Part shown: positions 41,276 through 52,271 of the stretch, in pieces | How positions within the stretch are numbered: the first letter of the stretch is position 1 | Layout: each line of letters starts with the position of its first letter | From: Eledone cirrhosa | Taxonomy: Eukaryota | Length of the DNA: 64,000 bases | Direction of reading: 5' to 3' | Assembly: GCA_964016885.1 (NCBI GenBank) | Contig: OZ024743.1 | Coordinates: forward strand, 282,224,001-282,288,000 | Position numbers and translations under genes: made by a program | The notes under the pieces: generated by a model | Seen by the model: the letters and a program-made list of their open reading frames with translations, nothing else | Told to the model about the DNA's origin: nothing | Databases searched by the model: none

Positions 41276-41814
41276 CTAAAAAATAAATAAAAAATTGTTT
41301 GACAAGCAGTATAACAACAACAAACATTTTAATGCCATCTTCTTTGCTCAAGTGGGGTTTAACAGGTTTCATACCCATCATGAGATTCTTTTTAAAGCAA
41401 TGTTTTATGGTAGAATGCCCTTCCTAGTGCTAACCCTTTTACTCACCTCATATGGCAAAAGGATACAGTGTACTTATTCTAAATTGGAAGCACACAGTGA
41501 TTACAAATAATTCTTATTACATGATAAAACTGGATATAAGCAGAATGTCGTGTGCAAGAGTGCTGGTACCGGCATGTAATGCATCTGGATGATGAAATTT
41601 GGGTAAAAGGGTACTAAGAGGAAGAGGAAGACCAAAGAAAACATGGACAGAAGTGGTGAATGAGTCTGCCAAAATAGCATGCATCATTAATAAGTGCTTT
41701 GTTAATTTTATGCAGTTAAATTAAATCCTCTTCCTGACAAAGCCATAATAGAAATATTGGTACTGTACACTAATTCTAACTAATTCTACTATCACTAACA
41801 CATAAAAAAAAATG

Positions 41815-42707
41815 TGGATAAGACTAAAGTGTTGAAAAGTAGAAAAGAGAACAAAACTCTGATTCCATCAGGAAAATGGCCAGTTCGATATGTAGAAAAG
41901 GAGGAGTTGGCATAAATTCTATAGAATGTACACAATGCAGATCTTGGGTACACAAGAGATGTAGTGAGATAGCAGGCAAACTAACAGGTAGGGAAAACTA
42001 CATATACAGTAGATGTTCAGAGAAATTTGACAGTAGAAGTCGCAGTGATAGACACATTTTTCAAATGTAGGTAGGATCTATAGAGGTGGTTGATAGCTTC
42101 CGATACCTAGGTGATCAGATTAGCAAGGGAGGAGGGTGCTCCGAGGCAATAGTATCTAGAATAAGGACAGGTTGGAAGAAGTTTAGGGAGCTGCTACCTT
42201 TGTTGACAAAGAAGGGTTTCTCCCTACGAACAAAAGGCCGGTTATATGATGCGTGAGATATATATTGTGTGAGATGCGCAACTCTGCATGGTAGTGAAAC
42301 ATGGGCAGCAACTGCGGAGGATATGCATCGGCTGGAGAGAAATGAAGAAAGCATGCTCCGTTGGATGCGCAATGTCAATGTGCGTGAACGACCAAGCATA
42401 AACGAGTTGAGAGAGAAACTGTATAAGAGGGATAAGCTGTAGTGTGCGGGAGAGAAGACTGCGTTGGTATGGACATGTAATGCGCATGGAGGATAACCTA
42501 TGGCCAAGAAATCCCAGTAGAAGGAAGACGCAGTAGAGAAAGACCACGAAAAACCTTGGGCGGAGGTGGTGAGAGCTGACCTCAGATCGCTGAAGCTCAC
42601 GGAGGAGATGATGAAGGACCGTGACGAATGGAGAGATGCTGTGCTGAATAGGACCCGTCCCACTCTTGCAAGCAGGTAAAAGCGGACGTATGATGATGAT
42701 AATGATG
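41815..42707 (+). mobile_element. RTE LINE 3' fragment with (GAT)n tail
   Basis: CRKGGVGINSIECTQCRSWVHKRCS finger, YLGD, LHGSETW, tail at ~42690. Confidence 0.9.
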
Positions 42708-42939
42708 AAATGAATGGGTGACACAACGAATATGAGGTTCAAATAGCGGACCATATGATCATAATTTCTAACACTCCTGGTTATAGCCAAGGAACATAAC
42801 TCTTCTCAAATCGGCTTGACATCTTAACAACAGATTTCTTTCCACCCTCACAATACTGGTCAATAAAAAGAGGAATTATTCATTGCTCTACTAGGAAACG
42901 AATGTTCAAATGGGTAAAAGTCGTTAGTGAATCATTTAC

Positions 42940-43054
42940 CTTTATAGATTGCTCAAAATTCAACACTTTCCTTTTGGTCTGATTACAAAGCATGCCAGCA
43001 TCCATTTTTGGATCCATCATTTCAATAGCTGACATAGCTTCAAACAGGGTAAAT
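42940..43054 (-). CDS. NAA35: NAA35 coding exon 3 ([38 protein letters not shown])
   Basis: Signature [19 protein letters not shown] of NAA35/MAK10; TTATAG acceptor, GTAAAT donor, 115 nt. Confidence 0.97.
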
Positions 43055-44080
43055 CTATAACAAACAAACAATTTTAAAATAACTTTTGTAATAATTCATA
43101 GATCTACAAAGATCATTTTATTAAATTTCATTATTCATTTAGATTCAATAAAAGGTAATTGGGGAATTAATTAGAATGATTTAACCCTTTTGTTACCATA
43201 TTTCTAATGAAAGACAGCCTATGATTTTCAAATGTTTTGAAAATAGTTGAGAATTTAGTAAAAGAATTAATTTTGTTATTATTTATCTAGTGTTTGGAAC
43301 ATAATTTAACAACAGTTCTTACAGTTTTGTATTGTTGAACCAGAGGCAGTTTAAGGTGGTTTTGTTTCAGAAAGTTTAAACAACAAAACATTTAGTATGT
43401 TGCTGTTAAACCCAAAGTCAGCTTGATCAATCATACCTATGTTCAAATGTACTCCAGCTGTGATCATCCACTCTGTCTTTGTGTATACCAAAAACTACAT
43501 TATCCTGTGCTTCTTTATTTAAAATTGTACAGAATAATTTGAGGGATATTTGGTTGCTATTGTTAGTAGATCAAGCAACTGTATAGAGGCTCTCTATATT
43601 TTACATATTTGATTACAGAGAGTAATACTAATTTCTTCTGAATATGCTCAAGGTCAATTATGTAAAGCAGAGTATCCCAAATGGAATCAATCCTAATGTT
43701 TCAATCACTACATCAGTTGTTTTTATTCTTTTACTTGGAACAAAGGTGACCTAAACAAAAATCTGCATATCTCAAAAACTTAAATATTTTGCTGTACATA
43801 CATCCCAAACATCATGTTAACTGAACTAACACAATATTAAAACATCTAAAAGAACATATGATTGTTTTTTATGTCTGCACTTCCATGTCTGTAAACTGTC
43901 TGAGGCAATGCTTTACAGCCCAATGTCCTTCCTGACATCAAATGTTTTTGTCTTATGGCATGCAGGAATACAGTTTATCTATTCTAAAAACTCAAATACA
44001 TACAATAACAAAAAACATAATTTAAAATGCATACCTTATAAAAATTATATATATATGTATATATATATAAAGATTTACAC

Positions 44081-44114
<34 letters not shown>

Positions 44115-44129
44115 ATATATATATATGTG

Positions 44130-44848
44130 TGTTTTGCAACGGGTCACTTTGTGGCTCAATGAAGAGTTAATAAATTAAATAATCAGAGCTACATATCATA
44201 AAACATGTCTATAGAATCACCAGATAAAATATATACCGTTTCCTCTCCCAATTAGCATAATTAACCATATAAAAAATCGATTAGACCAAGCTATAAGAAT
44301 AAAGGCCTCTATGAAGAAATCTCCGACAAATAACCGAAAGCAGCCCTTCGCGTCGGTTGCGACGGAGTATTTATCGAGTATTTCGACAGCGTGTATAAAT
44401 CGTTCAGATATACAGTCAACTAAACAGAATTAGGTGTAAAATAAACTAGGAGAAAAGTGAACATATTTAGTTACCTCTACCATGGTTTCGTCCGCATTTT
44501 AAGATATCCGATAATATTGGACATCTGGAGCACCGGACTCTTCAGGAAGTTAGCTCAAATTTAGACAATTAATTTTCCAAAGTGATCGCGCCAAGAATAC
44601 ATTAAAAAATGGCTAAGAATCGTGACGTAGCAGCGGTCAGGTTAGAAAGAATGTGATTAGTTGCTTACGGCTGGTGGCCTTTTGCTAGAAAGCGCAGCAC
44701 AATACAGCCAAAATTGTATCTCAACCTAACGGGAGATTATTACATATAATTATTACATAATCGATTTTTTATATGGTTAATTATGCTAATTGGGAGAGGA
44801 AACGGTATATATTTTATCTGGTGATTCTATAGACATGTTTTATGATAT
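44130..44848 (-). mobile_element. Penelope-like fold-back remnant #2
   Basis: 91-bp inverted arms 44193-44283 and 44758-44848, hammerhead motif in the spacer, TA microsatellite flanks. Confidence 0.7.
44473..44550 (-). ncRNA. Canonical type-I hammerhead ribozyme
   Basis: Minus strand ACTTC-CTGAAGA-GTCCG(long loop)CGGAC-GAAA-CCATGG-TA-GAGGT: intact core, G-C closing stem II, palindromic stem III, GUA site. Confidence 0.82.
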
Positions 44849-44857
44849 ATATATATA

Positions 44858-45160
44858 CAGGGGCACCTCGGTTCATGAACACCTCACATCATGAGCAAAT
44901 CAGTTCGCAAACAATTTTCCGAATATAAAACATCTTGGTTAACAAACACACAAGCCAGCAACAATGGTTGGCAACAAGCTGGGAGTATCAGCAAGAAAGC
45001 ATCTCTTGTATAGTCAGTTACTATGATGATATCTATCTGTCTTTCACACACAGTCTCTCTTTCACTGTATTTCTCTCTCAACATTTCGTAAGAGAAAAAT
45101 AGTTTCGGTTGACTAACAGCCTTCAGGAACAAATTAAGTTTGTGAACCGAGGTTCTACTA
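44858..45160. mobile_element. Tc1/mariner (pogo/Tigger-like) MITE
   Basis: TA|CAGGGGCACCTCGGTTCATGAAC ... GTTTGTGAACCGAGGTTCTACT imperfect TIRs within the TA tract. Confidence 0.72.
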
Positions 45161-45204
<44 letters not shown>

Positions 45205-45214
45205 CTTATATATA

Positions 45215-46153
45215 GTATTAAGGATACTATTTATGGTTATGTATATACTAAAACCTTTTATAGTTATATATATATTATACCCTAAATAGTGAAAGACAGT
45301 AATTTATTACTATCTTATTACCAGTAAGATAAATAGCTCAATGTAACAACATCAGTTGTTTTACAGAACAGTTATATAGAGATTACATGAAACAAAGTTC
45401 TGTTTAAATCATTTATCTGCTTACAATTGTTTCTTCCAAACCGATGTTTGGAGTCTTCGGAGCAATTATTCAGTGATTTTTAACATACTTGACCTCCTTT
45501 TCAACACAAGAGACATATAGAAACATATGTATATATTGACCCACAGTGGGTTGACATCCATTATAATAATATAGCATGGTAATTTACATACAAAGATTAC
45601 AGTCATATTAAAGGACAAAATTACAATTAAAATAAAACATTGGCAGTCTACTAAGATAAAGCAAAAGGAAAGTTTGGAGTAGCCAGTGTATGCAACAGTC
45701 ACATGTGTGGCATGCACGCGTGTCCTATTTATACAAGATTATAGTGCAGCAGATTGTTACAAGTAAAACAAGCAGTCAAAGCAGGCAATTAAGAGCATCA
45801 GGGGGGCTGAACTGGTTAAGCATTATTTACCCACACCTGTACGATATAGAAGCCCGTGTATGGAGAAATATCAAAAATATTACAAATGAGAAGCAAAACA
45901 GCACCACTGTCTCGTACACACCACCACTCTCACAATCCAGGAAACGTAATTTATAGACTACATGTCCATCTCACAATCCACGATGATTCAACATTGGGTG
46001 CCTGGTGAACCATGCTAGAACATCACAGGAGGTCAAGTATGTTAAAAATCACTGAATAATTGCTGCTCCGAAGACTCCAAACCTCGGTTTGGAAGAAACA
46101 ATTGTAAGCAGATAAATGATTTAAACAGAACTTTGTTTCATGTAATCTCTATA
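45215..46153 (-). mobile_element. Penelope-like fold-back remnant #3
   Basis: Inverted arms 45375-45498 and 46027-46153 plus a left extension homologous to that of element #4; TA tracts both sides. Confidence 0.7.
46064..46110 (+). ncRNA. Variant hammerhead motif (CCGAAGA core); inverted copy at 45418-45464 (-)
   Basis: TGCT-CCGAAGA-CTCCAAAC(CTCG)GTTTGGAA-GAAA-CAATTG-TA-AGCA. Confidence 0.65.
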
Positions 46154-46189
<36 letters not shown>

Positions 46190-46192
<3 letters not shown>

Positions 46193-47061
46193 ATAATACT
46201 ATTTATAGTTATGTATATAGTATAAACAACTATAAACAGAAAGGTCAGTAATTTATTAATTACCTTATTACCAGTAAGAGAAGTAGCTCAATGTATGATC
46301 AGTTGTTATAGAGAGCAGTTAAATAAATAAATTATACAATTATCAAAGTTGTGTTCAAATCATTTAATAGCTGACAATCGTTTCTTCCAAACTCTCGTTT
46401 GGAGTCATCGGAGCATTATCAATGTTTGCACATATAATTACCCTCCTATTCAACTGAACAATAATATAGATACATATAAATTGATGTTGTGAGCAACAGT
46501 TTCGTATTTACAGGGTGGAATGGATGTGACATATATTTTACGAGAATTGTACAATAATTGTACAAACATTCAAGTTCAAATTAAAATCAAAATTAAAATT
46601 AAAATCAAAAGCACGGAGTGGATTACATGCAACAGTTAAAACAAGGGAATAGTCCAAATATTAAAGAAGCATTGAGGAAGCAGTTTTGAGAAAGGAAGAG
46701 TGTGATAACAAATCATATGCAGGCGTGTGGATAGTGTGACTGCGTAAGTCATATACATTTTAACTGTTGCATGTAATCCACTCCGTGCTTTTGATTTTAA
46801 TTTTGATTTGAACTTGAATGTACAATTATTGTACAATTCTCGTAAAATATATGTCACATCCATTCCACTCTGTAAATACGAAACTGTTGCTCACAACATC
46901 AATTTATATGTATCTATATTATTGTTCAGTTGAATAGGAGGGTAATTATATGTGCAAACATTGATAATGCTCCGATGACTCCAAACGAGAGTTTGGAAGA
47001 AACAATTGTCAGCTATTAAATGATTTGAACACAACTTTGATAATTGAATAATTTATTTATT
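46190..47061 (-). mobile_element. Penelope-like fold-back remnant #4
   Basis: ~300-bp near-perfect inverted arms 46321-46641 and 46758-47061 with a 116-bp spacer; TA tracts both sides. Confidence 0.72.
46965..47018 (+). ncRNA. Variant hammerhead motif (CCGATGA core); inverted copy at 46365-46418 (-)
   Basis: TAATGCT-CCGATGA-CTCCAAAC(GAGA)GTTTGGAA-GAAA-CAATTG-TC-AGCTATTA; GNRA loop and GUC site. Confidence 0.68.
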
Positions 47062-47657
47062 ATTATATATATATACTTAAGCAAAACATTGTTCGTAGTC
47101 CATCTATGGGGGCAGTAGCTCCAATTAAGTACTGACTTAATCAAACCCAAGTCAGCATAGAAGAATGGACATTAAATGATGATGATGATGATGATGATGA
47201 TGATATATATTGGAGCTACTGACCTCTCAGACAGGCAGAGAGGCCAGATCTCACTTATATACATTCTTGCACTCATACGTGTGTGTGTGTGTGTGCGCGC
47301 GTACATGTATCATCATCATCATCATTTCATTTTACGTCCGCTTTTCCTTACTTGCAAGGGTGGGACGGGAACTGATTCTGGCTTGATTTCTACTCCTGGA
47401 TGCCCTTCCTAACACCAACCTCATTTACAGTGAGTGTTGGGTGCTTTTTTGCCGTGGCACCTCCACGACCACTTTACAGTGGAATGATAGTGACACCAGT
47501 CCCTATCATCTCATTTCTACAGCTGAGTAAACTGGAGCAATGTGAAATAAAGTGTCTTGCTCAAGGAAACAACACATCACCTGTATGTGTATCATGCTAA
47601 TAAGGAAAAAAAATATAAAAATAATTATAATGTACAGATGCATATAAATATACTCAC

Positions 47658-47795
47658 GAAGAGTCTCTAAGTAATTCTCCAAGACGCAGATCAGAACATG
47701 CTTGGGAAAATTCATTTGTAATATCAACCCATTGATAGATAAGTCTTGGGGGCTGTTGGATTTGTTCAGCAACTTCAGGAACCATGTCATTTTCT
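47658..47795 (-). CDS. NAA35: NAA35 coding exon 2 (ENDMVPEVAEQIQQPPRLIYQWVDITNEFSQACSDLRLGELLRDS-S)
   Basis: TTTCAG acceptor, GTGAGT donor, 138 nt; WVDIT..F..AC..L.LGELL matches the Mak10 N-terminal motif. Confidence 0.92.
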
Positions 47796-47988
47796 CTGAA
47801 ATATTCATTTTAAGTTATAAAAACAACATATTAGTAAATTACGATTCCAAGTTAGAGATTTTTTTTTTAGCTAGTATCAATCATAGAGTTATGACTTTAC
47901 TGAAATATGACTAAACTTTTTGTTGCTTAGTCTTATGTTGTAAATTTTTTCAGGAATGCCTGATTTTATTATTATTATTATTATCATT

Positions 47989-48540
47989 GGGTCGATAAAA
48001 TAAAGTACCAGTGATGCACTGGGTAATTGCTGGCCTTGTGCCTAAAGTAGAAACAATTATTATTATCATTGGGCGGTGAATTGGCAGTATCGGTAGAGGG
48101 TCGGACACCATGCTTTGCAGCATAGAGTTACAGTCCTTGCCATTCTGAGTTTAAATCTCACCGAGGTTAACTTTGCCTTTCATCCTTGCGAGGTCGATGA
48201 AATAAAGTACCATTAATGCACTGGGATAATTGTGGCCTTGTGTCAAAAGTAGAAATAATTATTATTATTATTATCAATGGGCGGTGAATTGGCAGTATTG
48301 GTAGAGGGTCAATAAAATAAAGTACCAGTAATGTACTGGGTAATTGCTGGCCTTGTGCCAAAAGTAGAAACAATTATTATCATTGGTTGAGTTCAAATCC
48401 TGCCGAGGTTAGCTTTGCTTTTCATCCTTACGGGATCGATAAAATAAAGTACCAGTAATGCACTGGGGTCGATTTAATCGACTTTCTCCTCCCCCAAAAA
48501 TTGTTGGCCTTGTGCCTATAGTACAAACAATTATTATTAT
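47989..48540 (+). repeat. Tandem cluster of tRNA-derived SINE copies (family also at 6437-6630, 13428-13615, 54543-54732, 57190-57300, 58337-58523 -)
   Basis: Recurring GGGCGGTGAATTGGCAG..GAGTTCAAATCCC..GGGTCGATAAAATAAAGTACCAG..AGTAGAAACAATTATT. Confidence 0.85.
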
Positions 48541-49439
48541 TGTTGTTATTACATGGTATTGATGTTTTGGCCAGTATAAATATAATTCCTACCTTCACCT
48601 AAGGTACAAAGCATTCTTATACTTTTTATTATTAAAGTTCTTCCATATTGTCTACAATTGTCTTCACATTACTATTATTATGGACAGTGGATAGAGATTC
48701 TGGCAAAATGCTTTGTGGTGTTCAGTTATGACTCATTACATTCTGAGTTCAAATCTCATCGAGGTTAACTTTTGCCTTCCATCTTTCCAAGGTCGATAAA
48801 ATAAAGTTCTAGCCAAGTCCATGATCAATATAATCAACTTTCCCCTTCCCAAAAATTTCTGATCTTGTGCCTAAATTAGAAAATTATATATATTTTTTTT
48901 TTTACTTTTCGCAGTTTAAAATTTTGACTTGCTTTGTTGATAGCTTATAATTTCTGTAATCAGCAATGGATCCATAGGTTGAAAACATAGTTTTATTGTT
49001 TATAATTTAATTGTTAATAAGCTACATGTCAATGTAAAGGAGTTCATTTTTAAATAGCTTCAGAAAACGAAGAACAAATAGTTTCCACCCACTATATTAC
49101 ATATATGTGAGGATTTTCACATAATCTAAAGGTAAATCAATAACTTCTCTATTTCTCTTGAGAATTAAAATATAGAAGGATCAGGAATAATGTATATATG
49201 TATGTGTATGTATATAACTCATATATGTGTGTGTATGTATATAACTCATACATACAATATTCTCGAAATATAGCTCAATTTATTGAGATTATTTTATTAA
49301 TTTGAGTAATTTTAATTGATTTTGACAATGCTGATATATTTATTAGAGATCTAATCTAATTACCAAATAAATATCTATAGTGCTACGCAAACGTTTCCCA
49401 AGGAGAGTTCCTTGAAAAAAGATTTTTTTCTATGAGATA

Positions 49440-50140
49440 AGACACAACCTCCCTGGTGCTTGTGATCTACATGATAAACACCCCCAGTACAAGCTGTAAA
49501 GTGGTTGGTGATAGGAAGGGCATCATCTGGAGAAAGTTTGCAAAATAAAGGGTTGGGAGGACCCTTTAATTGTGTCAAAGACATGACATCCTGTAGAAAG
49601 CTTGTGAAACAATGGGTTAGGAGGACCCTTCAGTTTGTGCCAAAAGACAACTTTCTGCACTTGATATAACCATACATAAGCAGGATACAGACACCTGAGC
49701 CTGTCTGGGAGATCAGTATCCCTGCTTCAATACTATGGCGATTTACACAATAAACATATCCACTACATGCTATAAAGTGATTGGTGATAGGAAGAGCATA
49801 CAGCCATAGAAAGCTTGCCAAACATGGGGTTAGGAGAACCCTTTATGTCAAGGATATGACAGCTTCCCTAGTGCTGGTGATCTACACAATAAAAACACCC
49901 AGTACACGCTGCGAAGTGGTTGGAGTTAGGAAGGGCATCCAGCTGTAGAAAGCTTGCCAAACACGGGGTTAGGAGGACACTTCAGTTTGTGTCACACAAC
50001 TCTCCTCTGCACTCGATTTGACTGTACATAAGCAGGATACAGACCCCCTCAGCCTGTCTGGAAGGTCAGTGGCCCCACTTCAGTAGATTTGGTCCGTGTA
50101 GACACATCCAACCCTTACTAGCAGAGAAAGTGGATGTTTA
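49440..50140 (+). repeat. Degenerate tandem array of an RTE-tail/SINE module (reverse-orientation array at ~10020-10400)
   Basis: Repeats of GTAAAGTGGTTGGTGATAGGAAGGGCATC..AGAAAGCTTGCCAAAC..GGGTTAGGAGGAC. Confidence 0.7.
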
Positions 50141-50164
50141 ATGATGATATATATATATATATAT

Positions 50165-50660
50165 CATGTGATGCGTATGAGGAATGACAGCTGCATAAAA
50201 AGATGCAGAGCACGCATAGTCGATGGGAGCCTTGGAGTGGGAAAACCCAGGAAGACCTGGGATGAGGTGATGAAAGCTGACATGCCCAAAAGGCGATGAC
50301 ACAAGACCGAGATCTCTGGCGTTATCAGTGATACAGAAAACCCACCTCCCCACAGGCCGAAGCATATATACAGTATGCACCACACCACCCCACCCTCCTA
50401 TACATCTCCCACAAGGGCAGTACGAAGTATGCATTTAGTGAAGCGCCCAGCCCACACTGTAAAGTGATCGTGTAGGTGTCATGACAAAAAGCACCCACCC
50501 CACACTGTAAAGTGGTCGTGCTGGTGACACGACAAAAGACACCTAGTACTCACTGTAAATGAGGTTGGTGTTAGGAAGTGCATCCAGCTGTAGAAACCAA
50601 GTCAAAATCAGTTCGGACCTAGCATTGCCCACAACAGGACAACCCGCTAGCGTGGAAAAA
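50165..50660 (+). mobile_element. RTE 3' end fragment
   Basis: Homologous to 18790-19280. Confidence 0.85.
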
Positions 50661-52242
50661 TTGGCGAAATATGTTGATATATAAATACACACATATATAT
50701 ATATATATATATATAGTATATGGATAGATTCTCTGTCTAAGAAAAAGTTTTGTAACATTTAATGTCTTATTCAGTGTATATCCAGTTTAGAATAGGTACG
50801 CCATATCTCTGTGTTGTAAGAGGCAATTAAAAGGGTTGGTACCAAGGACATCCGGCTATAAAACATTGCTTCGGAAAAAAAGAGACCGCAAAGCGAACCA
50901 CTGCCTTGGCGAGGAACATATCCTTAAAGATAAACATTTTAAAACAGTTTTGTATAATAAAACTAGAGCGGTTTCGGTTGTTTGTCGTCAAAAGAGTTTT
51001 TAAATTATCGAATAAAGCAACAACTGAAATATCTCACTCTTCGTTTTTCAACAGAGAAAGACCAAGGACATAGGTGTTTCATGAGTATTGAAAAACCGTA
51101 TACGTTAAATTAATAGCTAGTAGTAATCAACATATACTAATATAAGAAAGTGTGCTTATTCACACGCAAAATAACCCAGCAAAAAGTATAAAGAAAAGTT
51201 ATCCCTTCTGAAAAGATTTAAAACTTTTGTATTATTCTTTTCATTTCAGTGTGGTTATAAGAATGTAATGTATTGTATTGTTAAATAGAGAATCTAAGAT
51301 TTAAATTAATTAATGCGCATGTGTTCTCATCCAGGTACCTCTGAACTGAAGCTATTAACAGCGCTTTATTTGAACTGAAATTTGTTCAAAAGAAAATAAA
51401 TCATATGATTTACTTCTCTACCACACCAATCCTTGTAAAAAAAAAAAAGTACCCCTTCGATGAGTAGAGCTGTTGAACAAGCAAATAGCTGTTCGATGAG
51501 ACAAACAATCAAGATCCACAATTGTTACATTAAATAAAATTACAAATGTAGGGTTTGAAAACAAACTTCGAAATAATTCCAACAGCACATCATTAAGGGT
51601 TGCTTTTAATCTTTATATATAAATCATTATTTTTAAACAAAAAGGAAGCATATAGTCACGCCACAGTTTTCGCACAGTGTGGAAGTATCTTTAGTGTGTG
51701 TTTGATCATTTAACGAGCAAGGCGAAGTAATTTGAAATTGTAGCGATTACAGGAAAGTGAACCTATATTGGATTTTAATGGATATTTATTCTTACTAGTA
51801 TTTTACTCTTTAACTAAACATTTCGTTATAGTTAAACTATAAACATTTATATTATATATGGTTTGTGCAGAAATGTAACAGATTAAGAAATTTGGAATTA
51901 AAATTCATAGGTTCTTCCACAAAATGTCTAAATTATATGAGTACTTTGTCTCCAAATTTTATTTTACAACTCTTCACGTCATCGAATAATGGCTTGTAAG
52001 ATAAAAGGATAAACTACAATGGCAAGGAAAATATATAATATTATAAACTAAAAGAAAATCGGATACGCATGTTCGCTATTGAAACTAAAAATTCTGAACT
52101 TGACTGGGCTAGAAACATACCAACTGTAGGAGATACATTTTTGATTTCCATACAATAATTCGAATACAAAAAATAACTACTTGAATATAAAAATGGTATT
52201 TTATGGTTTCTGATCGGGAGGGAATAGAAAATATATACTTAC

Positions 52243-52271
52243 ACGATGCCATCTTCTGCTTGGCCTGCCAT
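52243..52271 (-). CDS. NAA35: NAA35/MAK10 coding exon 1 (MAGQAEDGI-V)
   Basis: AAAATGGCA start context, GT|GTAAGT donor; phase 2 matches the phase-2 acceptor of the next exon. The N-terminus itself is not conserved, so support is phase and signal only. Confidence 0.7.

Noticed and set aside
47989-48540. CRISPR-like recurrence of GATAAAATAAAGTACC..
   Set aside because: Eukaryotic tandem SINE fragments; no unique spacers and no cas genes.
51036-51083. Alternative NAA35 first exon MKHLCPWSFSVEKRR|GTGAGA
   Set aside because: Phase 0 is incompatible with the phase-2 acceptor of exon 2; the exon at 52243-52271 fits.
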